A DNA stretch of 64,000 nucleotides from Candidatus Poribacteria bacterium (GCA_963665235.2 CAXXLX010000001.1:2944001-3008000), one strand, 5' to 3'; counted from the stretch's first letter, positions 50,891 to 60,983 are shown. The notes: generated by a model not told the origin, from the letters alone. Numbers and translations are program-made.

Positions 50891-51488
50891 CGATATCAAT
50901 TGCTTCGCAAACGGCCCGAATGAAATCCATGGCATTTTTCACATCTGTAGCGGAGATGGGCCAGCGGTTTCCTGTCCCAGGATAATTCGGGTTTAAATCA
51001 GCCTCATGGACGATTTGATTCCGGCGGTTAATTATCACGAACAATCGAGCTTTTGTGTCTTGGACTGTGAAATTGAGTTGCCCGGCGACAGCGGGCCAGA
51101 GCTCACACGCTGAGAAGAGCCGGACTGCATCCGCTATAGCGTCCGGATGCTGAAAAGCCTTGTATCCATGCTTTTCCCTGATTTCTATATCAAGCCAGGC
51201 ATTCTGACTTGAGTTGGCAATTCCCTTCATGGCCGCGTCCATAGTCACTTGAAAACGCAGAAAAGCATTCGTCTTGGGACGTGTGCCATCGTAGACTTCT
51301 AACATGCCGACTCGTGTGATTTCATGGACGTAGTGGTCAAGCGCGCTGACAATCATAGCTATCTGGGCCCGTAGCAAATCTGTCAAATCTACGGCAGCAG
51401 TTGTCGTCTGCTCGAGTGCGTCATGCAATCCACCGAGGGCAACCACTCGTGCTGCATTTTCGCGAAATTGTTCAAGAGGACTGAGCAT
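50868..51488 (-). CDS. HEPN-domain protein (RiboL-PSP/MAE_28990-like)
   Basis: RRNQIVH (Rx4H) and N-terminal VSALDHYVHE. Confidence 0.8.
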   Translation of the reverse strand: MLSPLEQFRENAARVVALGGLHDALEQTTTAAVDLTDLLRAQIAMIVSALDHYVHEITRVGMLEVYDGTRPKTNAFLRFQVTMDAAMKGIANSSQNAWLDIEIREKHGYKAFQHPDAIADAVRLFSACELWPAVAGQLNFTVQDTKARLFVIINRRNQIVHEADLNPNYPGTGNRWPISATDVKNAMDFIRAVCEAIDIVICAPDT

Positions 51489-52584
51489 TTTTAGTGAGGG
51501 TGATTATCCGATCCGCGCCATCAGCATATAAAGTCCGAAACTTTTCCATAGATTCTTTTGTATTTTTAAGTACAACCCCGGTTTGTTCAAGCTGAGCGTC
51601 GCTCAAGTCAAAAATGGGGACTCCATGGCTTTGTGAATGGGCGATGAGGGTATTGAAATCTGACATCTGAAGAAGCGGGCAGCTTATAGCGGATTCGTAT
51701 TTAAGCTCCGGGGAAAACGCGTTAGACATAGTTTGGTCCGATCCGATTTCACTTGCCCTCTTATACAATTCCTCCGGAAGTAGCATATCATTTTCACGTA
51801 ACGCAGGTATCAAGCTTTTCTCAACCCCTATTTTTATATCGTTAATCCAATCTCGAAAAGCAGCGGATGGAATACCCTTTCTAACTCGGAAGTTCTGAAT
51901 TATGGTTCCAAGGAATTTGGGTCGCTTGTCCGGAAAAGGATAGATTGCTTTCTGTAGGATAGGTAATCCTTTACCGTGTTTTGCCCACGCTGCCCATTGC
52001 GGCAAAATTGAGGCGAGACTCTTCGTTGACATCAATGAGAAATAGTCCGGAAACATTGGAACGATAAAATAGTCACTCGTCATGAGCAAATTTTGGTTAA
52101 TCGGTCCCAAACTTGGGCTCATGTCTACCAAAATGAAATCTGCCTTGTATTTGTCAGCAGTTTTGGAAAAAAGGTAGTGCAAAGAGCCCGGCAAATTCTG
52201 AAGCGTTACCAATGAGCCGGAGAGCTGCTGCGCGATTCCTAAGGTGACCTCATATTCGGCAAGGCCGATGTGCCCTGGTAAGAGGTGCATGTTCGGTTGC
52301 CGATTGACTGGCGCGCAGTCTACCGGTTCAAGGAGAACAGGCCGCGATTCAAAAGCGGGTGAAAGGCCATCTCGGATATTTGTGACTCCATCCGATTCGT
52401 ACATTGATGCAAAATCTTTGGCATCCTTGAATCCAAGCACCATCCCGGTGAGGTTACACTGCGGGTCACAATCAACCATAATGACCTTCTTTCCTTTAGC
52501 AGCCAACATCCAGCCGAGGTTGAAGGTAGTCGTTGTCTTTCCCACGCCTCCTTTGTGATTGAAAAGTGCTATCTGTTTTGCCAT
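51472..52584 (-). CDS. ParA/Soj-like ATPase
   Basis: NHKGGVGKTT, VDCDPQCNL, VDMSPS. Confidence 0.9.
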   Translation of the reverse strand: MAKQIALFNHKGGVGKTTTTFNLGWMLAAKGKKVIMVDCDPQCNLTGMVLGFKDAKDFASMYESDGVTNIRDGLSPAFESRPVLLEPVDCAPVNRQPNMHLLPGHIGLAEYEVTLGIAQQLSGSLVTLQNLPGSLHYLFSKTADKYKADFILVDMSPSLGPINQNLLMTSDYFIVPMFPDYFSLMSTKSLASILPQWAAWAKHGKGLPILQKAIYPFPDKRPKFLGTIIQNFRVRKGIPSAAFRDWINDIKIGVEKSLIPALRENDMLLPEELYKRASEIGSDQTMSNAFSPELKYESAISCPLLQMSDFNTLIAHSQSHGVPIFDLSDAQLEQTGVVLKNTKESMEKFRTLYADGADRIITLTKNAQSS

Positions 52585-52788
52585 GTTATTTTCCTAAGGT
52601 TGCCATTTGCGTGGATTGTTACGCGAGTGACAATGAGGTAAGATTCCGATTTGTGCTGTCTTTTGCTACAATTATCACAGAACGCTGAGGGTGAAAACTT
52701 TTTTCAAACTCACGTTAATTATACATTCGTTTTCGTGGAGGGTCAAGGGAAAAGTTCCGTTATAAAAGCAGATTTTAATATGTTTTGT

Positions 52789-52881
52789 CTAAAGTCGCCG
52801 TAGCCTTAATCGATCGAATTTGTAAACCGCAATCAGGGGTGGTGTCCAATCCACCTTAACAAGTGGGGGCAGCATCGTCAA
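52789..52881 (-). pseudogene. internally deleted DUF5615/PIN-like toxin remnant
   Basis: Start overlaps the DUF433 stop; 30 aa ...LVKVD|WTPPLIAVYKFDRLRLRRL. Confidence 0.4.
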
Positions 52882-53117
52882 GATGCCCCTTCGCGCGGAG
52901 AAGGCATATCTATGACGATGTCGTTCTTTAGGACGCGCGCGGCGTAAGCGAGGACTGCCCGAATGCTTTCCTCACTTAATATTGGATAGTCCGCAATAAT
53001 TTCCTCGTTTGTCATACCGTTTGCCAGTAGTCCTAGGACATGCTCAACGCTTATGCGCGTGCCTTCAATTACCGGTTTTCCGCCAAGGATTCCCGGATTA
53101 GCGATAATTCTGACCAT
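52878..53117 (-). CDS. DUF433 antitoxin
   Basis: NPGILGGKPVIEGTRISV, IIADYP.L. Confidence 0.92.
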   Translation of the reverse strand: MVRIIANPGILGGKPVIEGTRISVEHVLGLLANGMTNEEIIADYPILSEESIRAVLAYAARVLKNDIVIDMPSPREGAS

Positions 53118-53239
53118 AATTTTTGCCTCCATACATCAATATTTTGCCAATATTTTACCATAATTTACCGCTTATATCAAATTATTAGTCCTAAACAATT
53201 TCGCTTGACAATTTGCGAAATTTCTTGTATCCTATTGAT

Positions 53240-54061
53240 ATGACACAAAAAACTGACACAAAACCGATACAACCGACAGAGAGTTTTCGCGCTATTCCTG
53301 TAGCAGTGCCTGAGAATCTCGCTAATATTCGCATTATCCTCTTTGAACCGCGCGAACCGGGAAATATTGGCTCCGTCGCACGGGTTGTGAAGGGGATGGG
53401 GCTCTCACAGCTGTATCTCGTAAATCCTGTGCCTTTTCAGGACGTGGACGCGGCTTGGTATATGGCACACGGCGCGAAGGATATTCTTGAAAACTGCCAC
53501 GTCGTTCCAGAACTGAAAGATGCCCTTGTCGGTATAAAATACCTTGTGGGGACAACGCACCGACGGCGCGATATGCGTCTGCCACAGCCTGTACCAGCAC
53601 GCGATGCCGCGGAGACTATCGCCTCTGTTTCACAAGAGCAGCCGGTCGCGCTGCTGTTCGGACGGGAAGATTTCGGTTTATCTACGGACCAGGTGAGTCT
53701 GTGTCAGTTGACGGCAAGCGTGCCGATGGCGACAAAAAATCCGTCACTCAATTTGGCGCAGGCGGTTCAAATTTTCGCGTATGAGGTTTTTATCGCTAGT
53801 TTGACGGACTATCCGCCTTCGGAGCTGGATTATGCTGAAGTTAACGCACTAGAGGCATTTTACGGACGCGTCACGCGTTTGTTGGATAAAGTGGGCATGT
53901 CTCCATATAATCAGGAGTGGGAGACGTATCTGAAATCGTTGCGCCGTGTGTTTTCACGCGCCCCGCTTGAGGAACGCGACATTGCGACACTGGATATGAT
54001 TTTTTCTACGACTTATCGGCATATTGTGCGGTTGGAGCAGAGGTTGGAAGATTCTAATTGA
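53240..54061 (+). CDS. TrmJ/LasT-family SPOUT RNA methyltransferase
   Basis: PGNIGSVAR, LLFGREDFGL, SLNLAQAV. Confidence 0.9.
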   Translation: MTQKTDTKPIQPTESFRAIPVAVPENLANIRIILFEPREPGNIGSVARVVKGMGLSQLYLVNPVPFQDVDAAWYMAHGAKDILENCHVVPELKDALVGIKYLVGTTHRRRDMRLPQPVPARDAAETIASVSQEQPVALLFGREDFGLSTDQVSLCQLTASVPMATKNPSLNLAQAVQIFAYEVFIASLTDYPPSELDYAEVNALEAFYGRVTRLLDKVGMSPYNQEWETYLKSLRRVFSRAPLEERDIATLDMIFSTTYRHIVRLEQRLEDSN

Positions 54062-54073
54062 TAGGTTGGAATA

Positions 54074-55672
54074 ATGAAGACATTTGGCACTTATGGCCCC
54101 GTGAATCCTGAAGAGCATTACGTCGTCTCTCGTGCTGTGGAGCTTGCCGATTTCATCGACCGCGTCAAACGGGGACAATATGTCGTTATCTTCGCGCCTC
54201 GACAGACTGGCAAAACTACGTTCTTCCAATGGGCAATTGAGTCTCTCACAGCTGATGCCGCAGAAACGTACTTCCCAATTGAACTTAACTTTGAGCTGTA
54301 TGAAGACTACGCCGCCGCTGATTTTTACAACTCTCTCCATAAAAGAGTTTACCAGGAAATTAAGAGGGGTTTCCAGAAACGCGGGCATGTGCTTTCTGCA
54401 ACCTTAAGCCAATTTTTGGAGGAGACAGAGATAGCCGACCATGTTGCCATGATGGAGTTCTTTGAACAGCTTGCGGGGTTTCTTCTCGGAGATATGAAAC
54501 TTGTCCTTGTTATTGACGAGTTCGATGGTATTCCTCAGGCTGCGGTGAGCGGTTTTCTTCACGCGCTCCGGCACATCTACGTTCACGGTTCCGGGCCTCG
54601 GTGCCTCCACAGTGTTGCCCTCGTTGGGGTTAAGCAGATTACACAGCTCAACCTGAATCGCTCTATTTCACCGTTCAATATCCAGGACGAGTTTACCTTG
54701 TCTAACTTTACCTTTGAGCAGGTTCGCGAGCTGTTTTCGCAATGGACAGATGAAGTCGGTCAAGGTTTCGGACCTGAAGTCATTGAGAATATTCACAGAC
54801 AAACTGCTGGACAGCCCTTCCTCGTCAACCGATTCGGACAGCTGCTCACTGAAAAGATGAACATTCCGAAAACCGAGACGATTACGATGACGCACTTCTC
54901 GAAGGCGCACACAGAAATTCGCGAAGAAGATAACGCCAATCTCATGCATCTCATAACGAATATTCGTAGAAACCCACGGTTTAAAAACATCTTGATGGAA
55001 ATTGCCTCTTACGAGAGGGGGGTGCGTTTCAATCCACGCCGGGAACTTATCCGTGAACTCGCTACACACGGGGTTATCGGAAAGGATTCCGATGGTATGT
55101 GTCAAATTGTTAACCCCATTTATCAATATTGCATCCTACAGACGTTCAAACCGGAGATTAATGGGTTGGAGCACGACTACTTTCCCGAAGGGACAGACTT
55201 TCTGGACTATCTCACGCCCAGAGGGGAGATTAATATGGAACGGCTGCTTGATAATTTTCGAACTTTTATCGCACGCGCAGGATTCCGGATACTTCAGGTC
55301 CCAGAAACACCGAAAGAGTACGTTGGGCAAGACCTCCTCTACGCCTATCTCGACCAGTTTGTCAGTTTAATTCGAAGCACAATGTACCTTGAAGTTCAAA
55401 CGGGACGCGGCAGGATGGACCTCATTATCGGACACAACGCGCGAAAATATATCGTCGAAACGAAGATTTGGGAGGGGCATCGTCGCTATGAAGCTGCTAA
55501 GAGACAGCTGGCTGCATATCTCAAATTAGAGGACGCTAGAGAAGGATACTACGTCGTTTTCGATCATCGTGTGAAACCGGAGCCCCGCGTGGAAACGGAG
55601 ACGATTGACGGTTTGGTGCTTCGGAGTTATGTCATTCCTGTAGCACAAGAGGCACCTTCACGACAAGCATAA
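54074..55672 (+). CDS. P-loop AAA ATPase with C-terminal PD-(D/E)XK nuclease
   Basis: APRQTGKTT, LVIDEFD, GRMDL...VETK...QL..Y. Confidence 0.88.
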   Translation: MKTFGTYGPVNPEEHYVVSRAVELADFIDRVKRGQYVVIFAPRQTGKTTFFQWAIESLTADAAETYFPIELNFELYEDYAAADFYNSLHKRVYQEIKRGFQKRGHVLSATLSQFLEETEIADHVAMMEFFEQLAGFLLGDMKLVLVIDEFDGIPQAAVSGFLHALRHIYVHGSGPRCLHSVALVGVKQITQLNLNRSISPFNIQDEFTLSNFTFEQVRELFSQWTDEVGQGFGPEVIENIHRQTAGQPFLVNRFGQLLTEKMNIPKTETITMTHFSKAHTEIREEDNANLMHLITNIRRNPRFKNILMEIASYERGVRFNPRRELIRELATHGVIGKDSDGMCQIVNPIYQYCILQTFKPEINGLEHDYFPEGTDFLDYLTPRGEINMERLLDNFRTFIARAGFRILQVPETPKEYVGQDLLYAYLDQFVSLIRSTMYLEVQTGRGRMDLIIGHNARKYIVETKIWEGHRRYEAAKRQLAAYLKLEDAREGYYVVFDHRVKPEPRVETETIDGLVLRSYVIPVAQEAPSRQA

Positions 55673-55780
55673 GGGTTTATTAGGGGTGTGTAAAGTTTTT
55701 GTACGTCTGCGATATTTTTTTTGAAGAAAAATCAAACAGTTCGCAACTAATACCATTTCTAATTGGAAATGTCTCTTTAT

Positions 55781-55894
55781 TGTAGCATAAACTTCCAGTT
55801 TGTGCGTTCTTGTAGCATAAACTTCCAGTTTGTGCGTTCTTGTAGCATAAACTTCCAGTTTGTGCGTTCTTGTAGCATAAACTTCCAGTTTGTG
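55781..55894 (+). repeat. 30-bp tandem GTAG-REP array (about 3.8 copies)
   Basis: TGTAGCATAAACTTCCAGTTTGTGCGTTCT at 55781, 55811, 55841 and 55871. Confidence 0.9.
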
Positions 55895-56034
55895 TCTTCC
55901 GTTCTCCGTTTCATTTCTAACGACCGGTAATGATAGGATAATTAATAAAAATGGTATAATATAACAGCACCCCAAAACTTTTTTGGGAGGCAAGCGGTGC
56001 GTTTTGCAACTCACCGGATTGGACACCGATAGCG

Positions 56035-56742
56035 TTTGTGTCGAAAGTGTAACTTATGCACCGGAACCGCACCAAAAAGTAGGAGGCAGAACGATAAGAA
56101 AAGTAGGCAGGACAGATACCCGAAATCGGCAGTCGAAATGACACATTTTGTTTTTTTGTGTTGCGAAAAAGATAGGTGTAAACCGCTTACAAATATAGAT
56201 AGGGCGTGCGTTTGTGCACATACAACACCGAGAACCAAATGTTACACTTTGTGTCGAAAGTGTATACAACACCGAGAACCAAATGTTACACTTTGTGTCG
56301 AAACTTATGCACCGGAACCACCTCAAAAAGTAGGAGACAGAACGATAAGAAAAGTCCGCAGGACAGATACCCGAAATCGGCAGTCGAAATGACACATTTT
56401 GTTTTTTTGTGTTGCGAAAGAGAGAGTGCAAAACGGCTTACAAACATAGACTGGGCGTGCGTTCAGACACCTGCAACACCCAAAACCAAATGTTACACTT
56501 TGTGTCGAAAGTGTAACTTATGCACCGGAACCGGTGTCAAAAAGTAGAAGGCAGAACGGTAAGAAAAGTCCGCAGAACAGATACCCGAAATCGGCGGTCG
56601 AAATGACACATTTTGTTTTTTTGTGTTGCGAAAGAGAGAGTGCAAAACGGCTTACAAACATAGACTGGGCGTGCGTTTGTGCACATGCAACACCGAGAAC
56701 CAAATGTTACACTTTGTGTCAAAAGTGTAACATTTACACCGG
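56035..56742. repeat. tandem array of ~213-bp units (about 3.3 copies)
   Basis: TGCACCGG anchors at 56057, 56308, 56521 and a variant at 56735; palindrome GTTACACTTT-N6-AAAGTGTAAC. Confidence 0.9.
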
Positions 56743-56783
56743 TTTTGTACAAAAACTTTACGCACCCTCACGGAATTTTTCTC

Positions 56784-56813
56784 TTGACAGAAAATTGTTT
56801 AGCATGTTATAAT
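56784..56813 (+). promoter_or_regulatory. sigma70 promoter
   Basis: TTGACA-18 nt-TATAAT with extended TG. Confidence 0.65.
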
Positions 56814-56879
56814 AGATGATTAAATTAACGTTAACTATAACTGCCAGAGATTTCTCGGCGCTGACGAAGGAGAATTATA

Positions 56880-57125
56880 ATGAACATTCAGAATCCTAAG
56901 GAGGTCGTTGTATCTCCAGAGTTAGAGAAAGAAGAAGATGCGTTACTTTCATATTGGACGAAGGAGCGCATAGATGCTGCGCAGCCTTTACCGCTTCCAG
57001 TTCTAACTGAGCCTATTGATAATACTCACGTTTTAACATCTCTGCAGGGACCCCTGGTGAGTGGTGACTCGCGCCTGCCTGGGGGTGAAACCTTTCGGGC
57101 TGATGTAAAGAATGAGTGCAAATGA
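56880..57125 (+). pseudogene. probable truncated V8/trypsin-like serine protease (pro-region only)
   Basis: RBS AAGGAG; YWTKERIDAAQP pro-peptide-like motif; no catalytic domain follows. Confidence 0.45.
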
Positions 57126-57207
57126 AATTTAACCCGCGTGACCATTGCGTTTATTAAAACAATTCTAAAGTTTGGACAATTTTAGGAGTTTGCATTGGTT
57201 TCCGTGT

Positions 57208-57490
57208 TGTCTGAATCGCGGATTATCGCGGATTACACGGATTGCGCGGATTTTAAGGTGCGTAACACTCCAAGTTTTGTGTCTATAGGTTAGGGTGTTG
57301 TGTTCTCTATAAACATTCCGCCCCGATGGGGCTAGTTTATGGGGTGATTGCGTTTTCTATAAACATTCCGCCCCGATGGGGCTACGCTTTTGCACATTGG
57401 AGTCTATTTTCTACTGTTTGTACTTGTGTGAGCAACTGTGAGAAAAAATCAGAAATGCTTTGCAAATCAGGCATCAGGTACATAGATATT
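57208..57490. repeat. second copy of the composite repeat block
   Basis: Collinear similarity to 50503-50890. Confidence 0.8.
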
Positions 57491-57542
57491 GTCCAAACCT
57501 TAGTATAGAAAACGTCACGGATATTAACACCGTATCTTAACA

Positions 57543-57763
57543 AACGTGAGCTTGATAATAAATGTCCGTTTGCGCTAACCTCTATAAACATATCGTCCTT
57601 AAAGAGCGGGCTGCTTGCCCGAATACTGGGACTAAGAGGGGTGGTGGGAACGCCTAATTCTATAAACATACCGCCCCTACGGGGCTAAGAGGTGTGCCGT
57701 TGTGTGCTTCTATAAACATACCGCCCCTACGGGGCTAAAGAAACTTTTTTCCAAACTCACGTT
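57543..57763. mobile_element. MITE-like element carrying REP-like palindromes
   Basis: Ends AACGTGAGCTTG / CAAACTCACGTT (11 of 12 inverted match); the right end recurs at 52705-52716. Confidence 0.6.
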
Positions 57764-57801
57764 ATCTTAACGAACACAACTTTGGAAACAACCCGAAAAA
57801 A

Positions 57802-60800
57802 ATGCGATACATCAAACCGCTCGTTTGGCTCATTTTTATACTCTCAGGGGCAAGCAGCCTTATCTATGAAGTGATATGGATGCGGCAACTGACGCTTGTC
57901 TTTGGCAGCACTATCTTTGCAACCAGCACCGTTCTGACGGTCTTCATGGCAGGACTGGCACTCGGCAGCTTCTACTTCGGTAGGAAAATTGACGAAAGCA
58001 GCATGTCACCGCTGAAACTTTATGCACTCCTTGAAGCGGGCATTGGTGGGTTCTGTCTTATCTGGCCCCTGCTGCTGAGCCTGCTGAGCGCGGTCTATGT
58101 GCTTGTGTATCGCAACATAACGTCAGAATTTTATACGCTCTCCTTAATTCGGTTTGTTTTGACATTCGGTGTCCTGCTAATTCCTTCGATACTGATGGGT
58201 GGCACGTTGCCAGTCCTTACAAGATTTTTTGTCAAACGGTTGGAACACCTCGGCACGAACATCGGTATCCTATACGCGTTGAATACGTTTGGCGCGGTCA
58301 TCGGGACGGTGGCGGCAGGATTTTTCCTGATTGAGGCTTTGGGCATCCGAACTACGTTGTTTGTAGGTGTGGCAATCAATTTTGCAGTGGCGGTCGTTGG
58401 CATATTGCTGGACCGTCTAAAAGTACAGGATATAGAACAGGAAACGGAAGAGCCGCCCGAACAGGAAACAGCAGCAGAGCCGCCGACGCAATCTCTGCCG
58501 TTACAACGTTTGATTCTGTTGGCGACAGGCATCTCAGGATTCTGCGCGCTAGGGTATGAGGTATTATGGACACGCATCCTGGTCTTCTTTTTGGGGAGCA
58601 CGACGTATGCCTTCGCGACAATGCTTGCGGCGTTTCTGTTCGGTATTGCGTTAGGAAGTCTGATATTTGCCCGGTGGGTTGACCGGATGAAGCAAGCCGA
58701 AAGTGCAGTCGGTATTTTAGGTATCCTCCAACTCGGTATTGCCCTATCTGCGCTGGTGCTGATGCCTGCGTTTGAGGAGATGTACGGAATGGGCAAAGCA
58801 TTTGAGAACGTCTTCGGGGGCGGACGATTCTGGGCATTCTTCTCCTGCTTTCTAGTGATGAGCGTACCGACCTTTCTGATGGGTGCCAGTTTTCCGCTTG
58901 TTACGAAAATTTACACGGGCAGTGCGCGGCAACTCGGCAGGAGCATCGGGAACGTCTATGCGATTAACACGGTTGGGAGCATCTTAGGGGCATTTTGTGC
59001 GGGTTTTATCTTACTTCCGCTTATCGGAATTCGGCCGAGCATCGTCTTGATGGTAGTGTTGAACACAGGCATCGGGTGTTTTCTTATCTTCAAACTCGGG
59101 TCGTTGGGGTTGCAGAGTGCCGCATACAACGGGGTCGGGATAGGTATGCCGATTCTGAACGTGGGATTGGCGGTTATTCTGCTGTTGACCTTGAATAAAC
59201 CGCTCTTTCTGAAAAGTGCGATTTTCCAAACACAACGCCCAGGCGACACGCTTATTGATTACAATGAAGAGGTGGACGCAACGGTGACGACGTTGAAGGA
59301 CGATGAAGGGGTGTATCGGCTCTATGTAGACACAAATCAGGCGGCGGATGCCTCACGTTGGGATTCGCCTTCACATCGTGTCATTGCACACCTGCCGCTG
59401 CTATTGCATCCGAATCCGAGCCGTGCCCTGGTTGTTGGGTTCGGCATGGGATTAACCTCCTATTCTATAACACAGCACGGCGTGCAGGTCGAGGCGGTTG
59501 AACTGTCGCGCGGGGTCATCTCAGCAGCGCAAAAGCATTTCACGCACGTCAATGGAGATGTATTCGAGAAAAAAAATCTATTTAATTATATAATTAACGA
59601 TGGGCGAAACCATATCTTGATGACAAAGACGAAATATGATATGATTTCTACAGGCATTATCCATCCACTTGTTAGTGCAGGGAGCTCCAATATCTATACG
59701 GCGGACTTTTATCGCTTGTGTCGGCGGATTCTTAGCGAGAATGGCGTTATGTGTCAATGGGTGCCGTTGCATCGGCTGCCTGAAACACACTATAAGATGA
59801 TTGTGCGGACGTTCATTGAGGTTTTTCCGGAGACAACGCTCTGGTATAAGTATACCCCGGACTTCGTAATTCTCATCGGTACGGCTAAACCGCTTACGAT
59901 TAACTACAGGAATTTTATGGAACGTGCCCAACTTGTGGCAAGTATACGCGAAGGGCTCGCCGCCGATGACTTAGATGGCATGTCGCTCCTAGATTCGTTT
60001 ATGATGGGGCCAGAAGCTGTCCGAGACTATGCGGGTGCCGGCCCTATCCATACAGATAACCGTCCTCGGTTGGAATTTTTCCGAGGGACGGAATTGGTGA
60101 ATACCACTGCACAAAATATTCAGGGGATGCGGCAATATAGAGAAAAGGTTACACCCTATCTCATGAACTACGGCACGACACTGGCGGCGAAAAAAGCGGT
60201 ACGGGAGAGAATTGACCGCTATTTTGCAGCCACGCAGCAGCTAATCCTTGGACAAATCGCTTATGCAAACAGACAACTTGAAAATGCCGCCGCCTTAATG
60301 TATGACGCAGCCCGAAGAAATCCGCTGGACGAGACGATTCGTTATAACTTCAGTGTTGTCGCAGGTTTAATTCATGAAGGGGATAAAGAAGAGCTCCGAA
60401 TAGCTGAGGAACAGCTGAAACGGCAGCTCGCGCAAAATCCCGACGATGTCAGGGCACACCTAGATTTAGGCATAACGTATCGAATGCAAGGCAAACTGAA
60501 AGAAGCAGCAAGCGAATTTGAGGAGGTGCTCAAGCGCAACCCTAACAGACTCGAGGTCTATATGCTCTTAGGTCCAATTTACGAAAGCCAAGGAGAGGAC
60601 AAGGAAGCACTCAACACTTACAAACGGTTGGAGCGACTCGCTCCGGACCTCCCTGCCCCAATCCTTGCAGCTATGGCGGAAGTCTATCTGCGAATTGGAA
60701 ACAGTGTTGAGGAAGCAAAAAGATACGCACTGAAGGGTATAGAAAAGGGTGAAACAACCGGCCAGCATTCGTGGCGTTCCCATCACGTCCTCGGCAAGGT

Positions 60801-60963
60801 TTACGCTATGCTGAATCAACCGCAGGAACAGCGCGAACACTATACAAATGCCCTGAAAATTCTCGATGAAACCATTTCTCGGACCGCAGATAACAACGTC
60901 TTACGCGAGTTACGCGAGAATAGACAACAGATTCAAACCGAACTAGAACAACTCAAAAAATAG
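57802..60963 (+). CDS. fused membrane domain/spermidine synthase-like methyltransferase with C-terminal TPRs
   Basis: SGASSLIYEV, LMGGTLP, LVVGFGMG, NDGRNH, TDNRP.LEF, TPR helices. Confidence 0.9.
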   Translation: MRYIKPLVWLIFILSGASSLIYEVIWMRQLTLVFGSTIFATSTVLTVFMAGLALGSFYFGRKIDESSMSPLKLYALLEAGIGGFCLIWPLLLSLLSAVYVLVYRNITSEFYTLSLIRFVLTFGVLLIPSILMGGTLPVLTRFFVKRLEHLGTNIGILYALNTFGAVIGTVAAGFFLIEALGIRTTLFVGVAINFAVAVVGILLDRLKVQDIEQETEEPPEQETAAEPPTQSLPLQRLILLATGISGFCALGYEVLWTRILVFFLGSTTYAFATMLAAFLFGIALGSLIFARWVDRMKQAESAVGILGILQLGIALSALVLMPAFEEMYGMGKAFENVFGGGRFWAFFSCFLVMSVPTFLMGASFPLVTKIYTGSARQLGRSIGNVYAINTVGSILGAFCAGFILLPLIGIRPSIVLMVVLNTGIGCFLIFKLGSLGLQSAAYNGVGIGMPILNVGLAVILLLTLNKPLFLKSAIFQTQRPGDTLIDYNEEVDATVTTLKDDEGVYRLYVDTNQAADASRWDSPSHRVIAHLPLLLHPNPSRALVVGFGMGLTSYSITQHGVQVEAVELSRGVISAAQKHFTHVNGDVFEKKNLFNYIINDGRNHILMTKTKYDMISTGIIHPLVSAGSSNIYTADFYRLCRRILSENGVMCQWVPLHRLPETHYKMIVRTFIEVFPETTLWYKYTPDFVILIGTAKPLTINYRNFMERAQLVASIREGLAADDLDGMSLLDSFMMGPEAVRDYAGAGPIHTDNRPRLEFFRGTELVNTTAQNIQGMRQYREKVTPYLMNYGTTLAAKKAVRERIDRYFAATQQLILGQIAYANRQLENAAALMYDAARRNPLDETIRYNFSVVAGLIHEGDKEELRIAEEQLKRQLAQNPDDVRAHLDLGITYRMQGKLKEAASEFEEVLKRNPNRLEVYMLLGPIYESQGEDKEALNTYKRLERLAPDLPAPILAAMAEVYLRIGNSVEEAKRYALKGIEKGETTGQHSWRSHHVLGKVYAMLNQPQEQREHYTNALKILDETISRTADNNVLRELRENRQQIQTELEQLKK

Positions 60964-60983
60964 GAGGGAATTAGAAAAATATC

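Noticed and set aside
50737-50985. Small ORFs at 50737, 57326 and 57382
   Set aside because: They lie within the dispersed repeat elements
51472-52584. Chromosome partitioning parA
   Set aside because: No parB nearby, longer than Soj, and coupled to a HEPN gene
55781-55894. 30-bp repeats as a CRISPR array
   Set aside because: Units are contiguous with no unique spacers and no cas genes; they fit a tandem GTAG-REP
55658-56026. ORF with HKLEVYATRT repeats
   Set aside because: Translation of the REP array on the opposite strand
56036-56812. Cys-rich ORFs inside the 213-bp array
   Set aside because: Unit spacings of 251 and 214 bp break the frame, there is no RBS, and substitutions are not mainly synonymous
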